Below are positions 1 through 7,344 of a stretch of DNA of 57,602 bases, piece after piece. A program made the position numbers and the translations under genes. Each line of letters starts with the position of its first letter. The first letter of the stretch is position 1. The DNA comes from Bacteroidota bacterium (GTDB taxonomy: Bacteria; Bacteroidota; Bacteroidia; JABEUT01). The notes beneath the pieces are model-generated. The model had not been told where the DNA came from. It searched no databases and worked only from the letters and a program-made list of their open reading frames with translations. The stretch spans positions 1-57,602 of the forward strand of contig JABCZY010000002.1 in NCBI GenBank assembly GCA_013289395.1, written 5' to 3'.

Positions 1-804
1 CCGGAATTATTGGAATTGGATAAAAAAATAAAGAATATAAAAATATTAGTTGTGGAAGACATTGCGCTCAACCAATTACTTATGAAAACCCTTTTGGATG
101 ATTTCGGTTTTGAGCGTGATATTGCAGCCAATGGTAAAATTGCGATTGAAAAATTAAAGACTAAAACCTATGATGTAATACTTATGGACCTGCAAATGCC
201 TGAGATGAATGGGTTTGAGGCAACTGAGTATATCCGTAATACAATGCACTCTAAAATTCCTATTATTGCTTTAACAGCCGATGTAACAACCGCAGATCTG
301 GCAAAATGTAAAGCCGTAGGAATGAATGATTATATAGCAAAACCCGTAGATGAACGGGTATTATACAGTAAAATAGTTGGCTTAATAAAAAAACCCATTG
401 CCATTACAGAAAATAAGGAGAAGGAAATAGAACAGATCAAAAAGCTAAGATGCATTGATATGGCGTATTTAATACGCTGCACAAAATCGAATCCTATATT
501 GATGATGGAAATGATCTCGGTTTACCTGGAACAAACGCCACCTTTGATCACTGCAATGAAAATGGGTTTGAAAGATAAAGACTGGAGCGCGTTGTATGCA
601 GCCGTGCATAAAATAATTCCATCCTTTTCAATAATGGGTATTAGTTCCGATTTTGAAAACATAGCAAAGAAAGTTCAGGAATATGCCAGTACGCAGGAAC
701 AGGCTGATGCAATACCCGATTTGGTTTTACAACTTGAAAGTATTTGTGCACAAGCCTGCATAGAGCTGAAAGAAGAGTTTAACGCAATTAAAAACGCGAA
801 ATAA
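1..804 (+). CDS. Partial CDS (5' end outside the window): receiver (REC) domain plus HPt phosphotransfer domain. Probably the C-terminal tail of a hybrid sensor histidine kinase.
   Basis: The frame is open from nt 1, upstream of the TTG used by the ORF track. REC hallmarks are ILVVEDIALNQ, DVILMDLQMPEMNG (acceptor Asp), IPIIALTAD and DYIAKP. The helical C-terminal ~100 aa contains HKIIPSFSIMG, which resembles the HPt HxxKG motif. Confidence 0.75.
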   Translation, partial: PELLELDKKIKNIKILVVEDIALNQLLMKTLLDDFGFERDIAANGKIAIEKLKTKTYDVILMDLQMPEMNGFEATEYIRNTMHSKIPIIALTADVTTADLAKCKAVGMNDYIAKPVDERVLYSKIVGLIKKPIAITENKEKEIEQIKKLRCIDMAYLIRCTKSNPILMMEMISVYLEQTPPLITAMKMGLKDKDWSALYAAVHKIIPSFSIMGISSDFENIAKKVQEYASTQEQADAIPDLVLQLESICAQACIELKEEFNAIKNAK

Positions 805-1238
805 TGGAAAACGAAAAGAATATTAAGCTTTTTCTTGTGGATGATGATGCACTCTTTTTGAAAACACTGGAGATTAAGTTCATTGAGAATGCCAATATTA
901 TAGTAGAAACATTTGCAACTGGTGAATTATGTATTGCGAACTTGGATAATAATCCTGACGTGATAATATTAGACTATCACCTTAATGGTATTGATAAGAA
1001 TGCCATGAATGGAATTGATACACTTGATAAGATAAAGGCATTCAATGCAGATATTCCGGTAATAATGTTGTCTTCGCAAGATAAAATTGAGGTGGCTGTC
1101 AATTGCATGCATCATAAGGCATTTGATTATGTTATTAAAAGTGAAACGGCTTTCACCCGATTGCAAAAAATAATCACGACCATTTTCCACTATCGAAAAA
1201 TGGAAAAAACCCTGAACTGGTACATGGAAAGGATGTAA
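804..1238 (+). CDS. Stand-alone response-regulator receiver protein (CheY-like, no output domain)
   Basis: KLFLVDDDALFLK, DVIILDYHL (acceptor Asp), IPVIMLSSQ and AFDYVIKSE. The start overlaps the upstream stop by 1 nt (TAATG), which suggests co-transcription. Confidence 0.8.
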   Translation: MENEKNIKLFLVDDDALFLKTLEIKFIENANIIVETFATGELCIANLDNNPDVIILDYHLNGIDKNAMNGIDTLDKIKAFNADIPVIMLSSQDKIEVAVNCMHHKAFDYVIKSETAFTRLQKIITTIFHYRKMEKTLNWYMERM

Positions 1239-1301
1239 TCCTTCCATTACTACCTACTGTATCTTCTATTATGTGAATGTTACAACCTTTCCTTAAGGTT
1301 A

Positions 1302-1336
1302 TGTAACACTCTTGCGGCCTAATGCACGCACCTTTG
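1302..1336 (+). promoter_or_regulatory. Promoter-like motif TGTAAC-N16-TGCACGCACCTTTG, 40 nt upstream of the ice-binding protein start codon
   Basis: It shares 21 of 35 positions, including an identical 11-mer ACGCACCTTTG and TGTAA at the same spacing, with 2236-2270 upstream of the next gene. The CCTTTG end resembles the Bacteroidota -7 box (TAnnTTTG). Confidence 0.35.
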
Positions 1337-1375
1337 TATCCTTGCAAAAACTCTTTTGCAAATAAATGAAATACA

Positions 1376-2128
1376 ATGAAAAAGATAAAGCTTATAACAA
1401 CCATAGCAATAGCATCGATTAGTTTAATTACGGCATGTAAAAAAGATAACTCATCGCCTTCTTCTACTGCCGGTAGCAATACAAATGTAATAACCCTTCA
1501 AACTACAGTACAGGCAACTGTGCCATTAGCAAGCACTTCTACTTTTGCACTGCTTGCAGGTTCAACCATTACTAATACAGGTGCTACAACCGTAACCGGC
1601 GACATAGGCCTGAGTCCCGGTTCTTCCGTTGGCGGCTTTCCTCCTGGTGTATTAAATGGCACATTATATATTAATGATGCTACAGCAAATCAGGCAAAGA
1701 CCGATCTGACAGCAGCGTATAATAATGCCGCAGGCAGAACCTGCACTGATATAGTAACAATATCAGGAAATATTGGTGGGCTTACACTTACCCCGGGGCT
1801 TTATAAATCAACTTCTTCCCTGGCATTATCATCGGGTAACCTTACTTTTGATGCGAAAGGGAATGCAAGCGCAGTATTTATAATACAAATTGCATCTGCA
1901 TTAACAGTTACATCAGGCCGCCAGGTTATTCTGGCAGGTGGTGCACTGGCATCAAATATATTCTGGCAAGTTGGTAGTTCTGCAACATTTGGAACCACTT
2001 CTGTTTTCCAGGGAACTGTTATGGCAATGCAGTCTATTACTTTTGATACGGGTGCTACACTTAACGGAAAGGCATTAGCAAGAACAGGTGGAGTAACTAT
2101 GGCAGCGTCTACCATTACCAAAGAGTAA
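1376..2128 (+). CDS. Ice-binding family protein (DUF3494 / type-1 IBP fold), predicted lipoprotein
   Basis: Lipobox SLITAC. FALLAGSTITNTGATTVTGDIGLSPGSSVGGFPPG, ANQAKTDLTAAYNNAAGR, GGLTLTPGLYK, AVFIIQI, NIFWQVGSSATFGT and ATLNGKALARTGGVTM match the DUF3494 consensus as I recall it from bacterial and fungal IBPs. Confidence 0.85.
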   Translation: MKKIKLITTIAIASISLITACKKDNSSPSSTAGSNTNVITLQTTVQATVPLASTSTFALLAGSTITNTGATTVTGDIGLSPGSSVGGFPPGVLNGTLYINDATANQAKTDLTAAYNNAAGRTCTDIVTISGNIGGLTLTPGLYKSTSSLALSSGNLTFDAKGNASAVFIIQIASALTVTSGRQVILAGGALASNIFWQVGSSATFGTTSVFQGTVMAMQSITFDTGATLNGKALARTGGVTMAASTITKE

Positions 2129-2148
2129 TATTTCATTAAACATGTAAA

Positions 2149-2177
2149 AGCGTTGCTTATACAGCAACGCTTTTTTT
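2149..2177 (+). terminator. Rho-independent terminator after the ice-binding gene
   Basis: AGCGTTGCT (2149-2157) pairs perfectly with AGCAACGCT (2163-2171). The loop is 5 nt and a run of 7 T follows. Confidence 0.65.
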
Positions 2178-2235
2178 ATGCTTACTAGGCAGCATAAAGA
2201 CCATGTGTGATTCATACAACAAATGTGCAATGTTG

Positions 2236-2270
2236 TGTAATAGATGTAGCACACCGTGTACGCACCTTTG
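2236..2270 (+). promoter_or_regulatory. Second copy of the promoter-like motif TGTAAT-N16-TGTACGCACCTTTG, 38 nt upstream of the porin-family gene
   Basis: Same length and register as 1302-1336, with the identical 11-mer ACGCACCTTTG. Confidence 0.35.
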
Positions 2271-2307
2271 CTACGTGAAAATTACTTCACACTTAAATTG
2301 AAATAAT

Positions 2308-2949
2308 ATGAAAAAGATAATTTTAACACTATTGACCACTGCTCTTATAGGAGGTAATATTTATGCACAAGATGATGCAATGGACAGCCGCGACAGGCTA
2401 ACACTTGGCGTTAAGGCAGGCGTAAATTATTCAAACGTTTACGATGCACAGGGGCAGGATTTTGTGGCTAATCCAAAACTGGGTTTTGCCTGTGGTGCAT
2501 TTTTAACTATCCCAATAGGAAAGTACTTAGGTGTACAACCTGAAGTGCTGTTCTCGCAGAAAGGTTTCCAGGCAACCGGTTCAATTCTAGGTAGCAGTTA
2601 CAACCTTACCCGTACCACCGATTACCTTGATATACCAATTCTGTTCTCATTGAAACCAAGTGAGTTCTTAACATTGCTTGCGGGCCCTCAGTTTTCTTAT
2701 CTTCTTAAGCAAACCGATGTATTCGCTAATGAAAGTACCTCTATTCAACAGGAGACCGTATTCGAGAATGATAACGTGCGGAAAAATACATTCTGCCTGA
2801 CGGGTGGTTTTGATATTAATATTGGTCGTGTAGTATTCGGAGCCAGGGTAGGCTGGGATGTACTCGATAATAATGGCGACGGAACATCAACTACACCACG
2901 ATACAAAAACGTTTGGTACCAGGGAACACTTGGCATCCGTTTATTTTAA
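2308..2949 (+). CDS. Porin-family outer-membrane beta-barrel protein (OMP_b-brl_2-like)
   Basis: Signal peptide ending YAQ. Alternating amphipathic beta-strand pattern (LGVKAGVNYSNV, GFACGAFLTIPI, LGVQPEVLFSQKG) and a terminal aromatic (GIRLF). Confidence 0.7.
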   Translation: MKKIILTLLTTALIGGNIYAQDDAMDSRDRLTLGVKAGVNYSNVYDAQGQDFVANPKLGFACGAFLTIPIGKYLGVQPEVLFSQKGFQATGSILGSSYNLTRTTDYLDIPILFSLKPSEFLTLLAGPQFSYLLKQTDVFANESTSIQQETVFENDNVRKNTFCLTGGFDINIGRVVFGARVGWDVLDNNGDGTSTTPRYKNVWYQGTLGIRLF

Positions 2950-3000
2950 ACATTAAAAAATTGCAGTAAATAATTCTAATCAATCAAAAAACAAAACACT

Positions 3001-3582
3001 ATGAAAAATCTAATCAAATTCAGCGCTATTCTATTAACGGCGAGCGCCTTTTTCTCTTCTTGCTCATCAAACCTGGCAATAACAAAGCGCCATTATACAA
3101 GTGGCTTTTATGTTGACTATTCAAAAGGAAATAAGACAATAGCTCCGAATAAAGCTACCCTACCTACAGCGGCGGCACCAATAATTGCTGTCCCGGTTGT
3201 AACAAACAACCCGGTGGCAAATTCTAAAGAGCTTGTAAAAAATACAAGCCCGCTTGCTATAGTAAATATTAAAAAAATGTTGCCTAAGATCCATGTATTG
3301 CCAGTTGCTAAACAAGCCAATGCAACTAGTTCTGGAAGCACAATTACTCCGGCAAGCGAATCCAGCCCTATTGTTTCTGAATCACCAAAAATGAATACCG
3401 GCATTTCTGATGATGGAGGCGAACATGCTGCTCTCAGCTTATTATGGTTGGTTATTGTAATAATATTAATTCTATGGCTGGTTGGTTTACTTGCAGGCGG
3501 TTTTGGCCTCGGCGGTTTGATCAATTTATTGCTTGTAGTAGCCCTTATACTTTTAGTGTTGTGGTTATTAAGAATTATTTAA
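3001..3582 (+). CDS. Predicted lipoprotein with a low-complexity linker and a C-terminal lmo0937-like two-helix membrane module
   Basis: Lipobox FFSSCSS. The last ~50 aa (LLWLVIVIILILWLVGLLAGGFGLGGLINLLLVVALILLVLWLLRII) align with the 50-aa ORF immediately downstream. Confidence 0.55.
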   Translation: MKNLIKFSAILLTASAFFSSCSSNLAITKRHYTSGFYVDYSKGNKTIAPNKATLPTAAAPIIAVPVVTNNPVANSKELVKNTSPLAIVNIKKMLPKIHVLPVAKQANATSSGSTITPASESSPIVSESPKMNTGISDDGGEHAALSLLWLVIVIILILWLVGLLAGGFGLGGLINLLLVVALILLVLWLLRII

Positions 3583-3601
3583 TCAAATAAAAATCAACGT
3601 C

Positions 3602-3754
3602 ATGGGAAATCTATTATATGTTATCGCGGTAATACTGGTTATTTGTTGGGCTGTTGGTTTTCTGGCCTATGGTGTAGGCGGCCTAATACATGTACTGCTC
3701 GTCATCGCCATAATTGCAGTTATCCTGCGTGTTATACAAGGCAAAAGCCTTTAA
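3602..3754 (+). CDS. lmo0937-family small membrane protein (50 aa). Not in the ORF track because it is shorter than 60 aa.
   Basis: Hand translation gives MGNLLYVIAVILVICWAVGFLAYGVGGLIHVLLVIAIIAVILRVIQGKSL*. The two hydrophobic helices, a Gly-rich turn and a basic tail are the pattern I recall for this mini-protein family. Confidence 0.6.
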   Translation: MGNLLYVIAVILVICWAVGFLAYGVGGLIHVLLVIAIIAVILRVIQGKSL

Positions 3755-3767
3755 GCAAATTGGATAA

Positions 3768-4595
3768 ATGTCTAATAATTTAAACAACGGAGAATCAGTT
3801 GAGCTTAAGAAATCAACCTTCTTACTTACAAGCCCTTACCTTAAAAAGGTAAGGGCTTTTTTTGAAGAAGTAACCTCGATAACAAGGTTTGTATTACGCT
3901 TCTTTAAAGAAGTATTTAGGCCGCGATATGAGTTCAGTGAATTTATTAAACAATCCTACCTGGTAGGATATAATTCGTTCCCATTAATTGCTATTACCGG
4001 GTTTATTATGGGCCTGGTACTAACCATTCAATCAAGGCCTACCCTTGCCGAATTTGGCGCAGAATCGTGGCTGCCGGCAATGGTATCAGTGTCTATTGTA
4101 AGAGAAATGGGGCCTGTAATTACAGCCTTAATATTTGCCGGAAAAGTTGGTTCTGGCATCGGAGCTGAGCTAGCTTCTATGAAAGTAACAGAACAAATAG
4201 ATGCAATGGAAGTTGCGGGAAATAATCCGTTCAAATACATAGTTGTCACAAAAATACTGGCTACAACTTTAATGTTACCTGCTCTTGTTATCCTTGCTGA
4301 TGCCATTTCTATTTATGGCTCTTATATTGGGGTTAATATAAAAGGCCAAATAAGTTTCCATTTATTCTTCTTACAGGTTTTTCAGGCGCTCTCTTTCTCC
4401 GATCTGTTCCCGGCAATAATTAAAACATTCTTCTTTGGTTTTGCCGTCGGACTAATTGGCTGTTATTATGGTTATAAATCTGATAGCGGCACCGAAGGAG
4501 TTGGTAAGGCTGCTAATTCGGCCGTTGTGTTTGCATCATTATCCATATTTATTATCGACATGATAGCAGTTCAACTAACAAGTTTGTTTATGTAA
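3768..4595 (+). CDS. mlaE: MlaE-family ABC transporter permease
   Basis: REMGPVITALIFAGKVGSGIGAELASMKVTEQIDAMEV is the conserved MlaE/YrbE core. The protein is multi-pass hydrophobic and is followed by ATPase and MCE genes. Confidence 0.85.
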   Translation: MSNNLNNGESVELKKSTFLLTSPYLKKVRAFFEEVTSITRFVLRFFKEVFRPRYEFSEFIKQSYLVGYNSFPLIAITGFIMGLVLTIQSRPTLAEFGAESWLPAMVSVSIVREMGPVITALIFAGKVGSGIGAELASMKVTEQIDAMEVAGNNPFKYIVVTKILATTLMLPALVILADAISIYGSYIGVNIKGQISFHLFFLQVFQALSFSDLFPAIIKTFFFGFAVGLIGCYYGYKSDSGTEGVGKAANSAVVFASLSIFIIDMIAVQLTSLFM

Positions 4596-4601
4596 CCGAC
4601 A

Positions 4602-5330
4602 ATGAGTGGATCAATTGTAAAAATAGAGAACCTGAAAAAGTCATTTGGTAGCAATAAAATATTAAATGGCATAAATCTTCATGTTGAACAAGGCGAAAAT
4701 CTTGTTGTTTTAGGTAAATCGGGTAGTGGCAAATCAGTATTGATAAAGTGCCTAATTGGGCTTATTGAAGCCGATGATGGTAATATTGCATTGTTTGGGA
4801 AAAGTATCAATAGCATAAAAGAACACGAATTAAACGCAATACGAAAAAGAGTCGGGTTTCTGTTTCAAAGTGCCGCTTTATACGACTCCATGACGGTCAG
4901 AGAAAATCTTGAATTTCCTTTACGTGACCTGAAGCCAATAACTCCCGAAGAAATTAATTCATCAGTGGAAGAAGCTTTAAAAAGTGTTGGGCTGGAAGAT
5001 GCGGTCGATAAAATGCCCTCTGCACTTTCCGGTGGAATGCGGAAACGGATAGGCCTGGCGCGTACATTAATGCTTAAGCCTCAATTAATACTTTACGATG
5101 AACCAACAACAGGTTTAGATCCAATAACATCAAAAGAAATAAGCAAATTAATATTAGACGTGCAAAAGAAATACAATACAGCTTCCATAATAATTACCCA
5201 TGATGTGGAATGCGCACGATTAACATCTAATAGGATGGTAGTGGTAAGGGATGGGATATTAGTTGCTGAAGGAACCTTCACTGAATTATCTGAATCAAAA
5301 GATGAATGGGTACGCTCATTTTTTAAATAA
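4602..5330 (+). CDS. mlaF: ABC transporter ATP-binding protein (MlaF-like)
   Basis: Walker A GKSGSGKS, signature LSGGMRKR, Walker B LILYDEPTTGLD, H-loop ITHD. Confidence 0.9.
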   Translation: MSGSIVKIENLKKSFGSNKILNGINLHVEQGENLVVLGKSGSGKSVLIKCLIGLIEADDGNIALFGKSINSIKEHELNAIRKRVGFLFQSAALYDSMTVRENLEFPLRDLKPITPEEINSSVEEALKSVGLEDAVDKMPSALSGGMRKRIGLARTLMLKPQLILYDEPTTGLDPITSKEISKLILDVQKKYNTASIIITHDVECARLTSNRMVVVRDGILVAEGTFTELSESKDEWVRSFFK

Positions 5331-5340
5331 CGTATGAATT

Positions 5341-6033
5341 ATGAAAACAGAAACCGGGAATAAAATAAGGCTGGGAATACTTGTAAGTATAAGTATATTG
5401 GTGTTTATAGGAGCAATATATTTTATTGGCCAAAGGCAGCAATTATTTAGCAGTACATTCCAGATAAGTGGAATATTTAAAGATATAAGTGGATTGCAGG
5501 TAGGTAATAACGTACGTTTTTCCGGTATTAATGTGGGTATTGTTGAAGGTATAGAACAGATCACGGATTCGACCGTGCAGGTGGATATGCTCATTGAAGA
5601 ACATACGAGGAAGTTTATGAAAAAGAATGCAAAAGCCATAATTGGCACCGATGGGCTAATGGGCAATAAGATAATATCTATTATTCCCGGCACACCAGGT
5701 AAGCCCGAGATAGCAAGTAATGATTTCGTGGAAACAACTGTACCAATAAACATTGATGACATATTATTGAAAATAAAGACAACCAGTGACAATTCTGCGA
5801 GCATTAGTGGCAACCTGGCTGCAATTGTGCAGAATATACGCAACGGGAAGGGTACTATAGGAGAATTATTCATGGACAGCACCTTAGCATTGAATGTAAA
5901 TGAAGCAATGGTAAATATTAAACAAGGGGCCGGTGGATTCAAAGAAAATATGAATGCCGCTAGCCATAATTTCCTTTTAAAAGGTTTTTTTAAGAAGAAG
6001 AAAGAAGAAGCCACGAAGAAAACAGGGAAGTGA
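5341..6033 (+). CDS. mlaD: MlaD/MCE-domain substrate-binding protein
   Basis: N-terminal TM helix followed by an MCE-like segment (ISGLQVGNNVRFSGINVGIVEGI). Third gene of the permease-ATPase-MCE triplet. Confidence 0.8.
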   Translation: MKTETGNKIRLGILVSISILVFIGAIYFIGQRQQLFSSTFQISGIFKDISGLQVGNNVRFSGINVGIVEGIEQITDSTVQVDMLIEEHTRKFMKKNAKAIIGTDGLMGNKIISIIPGTPGKPEIASNDFVETTVPINIDDILLKIKTTSDNSASISGNLAAIVQNIRNGKGTIGELFMDSTLALNVNEAMVNIKQGAGGFKENMNAASHNFLLKGFFKKKKEEATKKTGK

Positions 6034-6125
6034 GAATAATGTAATGTATTTGTAAGTAAATGTAACTGTCAAATACATGAATACAATCACCTTTACACTA
6101 TTATTAATTAACCTAAAACAATAAT

Positions 6126-6386
6126 ATGAAACTCAAAAAAATAGCTATTACCGGAATTGCTCTTGCTGTGTGTACCCTTGGTATTTCAACTGCATCAATT
6201 GCCCAGGACAAAACGGCTGGCAAAAATTCGTCTACTACAACTACCACTAAGACTACAACTGAAACGGATAACGGAGATTTGAAGAAAACTAAAACAAAGA
6301 CCGTTAAATCAAAGACAAGTAAGAATGGTGATAAAAAAGTAAAAGAAACCAAAACAGACACCAAAGTAGAAACAGATAAGAAATAA
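6126..6386 (+). CDS. Small secreted Thr/Lys-rich low-complexity protein
   Basis: Signal peptide ending SIAQ|D, then TTTTTKTTTETDNGDLKKTKTKTVKSKTSK and similar. A terminator-like hairpin follows. Confidence 0.5.
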   Translation: MKLKKIAITGIALAVCTLGISTASIAQDKTAGKNSSTTTTTKTTTETDNGDLKKTKTKTVKSKTSKNGDKKVKETKTDTKVETDKK

Positions 6387-6417
6387 AACTCTTCGTTATT
6401 ATTTGAACATGAAATAG

Positions 6418-6445
6418 AAGAGTCGGTTAATTACCGGCTCTTTTT
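6418..6445 (+). terminator. Rho-independent terminator candidate
   Basis: GAGTCGGT..ACCGGCTC stem (one G-U pair) followed by TTTTT. Confidence 0.5.
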
Positions 6446-6510
6446 ATAGTATAGATTAAATAGATGGGTGCTTTGTAATATATAATTAGTAGCAAATACC
6501 AAATGAAAAC

Positions 6511-6756
6511 ATGACAAAAAATGAAATTTTTGAATTTATAAGCCATATAGTTATATGCTTCTATTCAAAAAGCATAAAAATCAGCCTTACTTCTTTGAAT
6601 GCTATACTAAAAGATAGGGATAGCCATTTCAACAATAAAAAGGAAGTAAGACAAGGCGTTGCTGCGGCATATAAATACTGGAAAAAGAGAGACCCTGTTG
6701 TACATCACGCCATAGCTTACGTATTTTCAGATAAGCATGGCAACCATACTTGGTAA
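6511..6756 (+). CDS. Hypothetical protein (81 aa), no family recognised
   Basis: It is the only open frame in an otherwise gene-poor stretch and has no signal peptide. Coding status is uncertain. Confidence 0.3.
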   Translation: MTKNEIFEFISHIVICFYSKSIKISLTSLNAILKDRDSHFNNKKEVRQGVAAAYKYWKKRDPVVHHAIAYVFSDKHGNHTW

Positions 6757-6986
6757 AATAACCCTTTATAATTATTAAACTATATGTTAAATTGGAGCTG
6801 GTGGGAGATCTTAAGCATTGCCTTAGTTATAGTAGTTCTTGGTAAAGCATTACATGTATGGCGAAAAAAGTGACCTTAACCAAAATTAATGGTGAATTCA
6901 GGCCCCTACTCTGCCAATTTATAGGCCATTCGCTAAAAATGCCCTATTAAACTGATTATCTTCATTATTTCTTCATCTTTCCGAAA

Positions 6987-6994
6987 TAGTTTTG
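6987..6994 (+). promoter_or_regulatory. Bacteroidota -7 box TAGTTTTG upstream of the 67-aa secreted protein gene
   Basis: Exact match to TAnnTTTG, 34 nt before the ATG at 7028. Confidence 0.4.
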
Positions 6995-7027
6995 TTTTCA
7001 TAAACTAACAATTAAACCTTAATCGTC

Positions 7028-7231
7028 ATGAAAAAGTCAATCGTAGTATTATCGGCACTGGTATTATTCGCAGGTGTATCATTTGGTCAAGACAAAGCAG
7101 CTCCTGCTAAGCAAGATGCAAAAACAGCTAAGGCTGGTGATGCAAAGGACAGCAAGAAAGATGCTAAGGCTACCAAGCCAGCTGCTAAGTCTGATGCTAA
7201 GGACACCAAGAAAGCTGCTGACAAGAAATAA
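7028..7231 (+). CDS. Small secreted Lys/Ala/Asp-rich repeat protein (67 aa)
   Basis: Signal peptide ending SFGQ|D, then DAK/KDAK-type repeats (DAKTAKAGDAKDSKKDAKATKPAAKSDAKDTKKAADKK). It has its own -7 box and a strong terminator. Confidence 0.55.
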   Translation: MKKSIVVLSALVLFAGVSFGQDKAAPAKQDAKTAKAGDAKDSKKDAKATKPAAKSDAKDTKKAADKK

Positions 7232-7252
7232 TTTTTATTTCACAGCTATTAA

Positions 7253-7285
7253 TAAGGGCCGTACGAGTACGGCCCTTATTATTTT
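7253..7285 (+). terminator. Rho-independent terminator
   Basis: GGGCCGTA (7256-7263) pairs with TACGGCCC (7268-7275), extended by TAA/TTA, and is followed by a T-rich tract. Confidence 0.7.
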
Positions 7286-7344
7286 AGGCAATTCTCTACC
7301 AATATCCGCCAAAATAGCCTACTTTTGCAAATCTTTTTCAGGAT

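Noticed and set aside
5316-6014. 232-aa minus-strand ORF covering almost the whole MlaD gene
   Set aside because: It is the antisense shadow of a well-supported MCE-domain CDS. The product is a low-complexity hydrophobic string (many F, I, L, S, P) with no motif, and there is no room for its own promoter.
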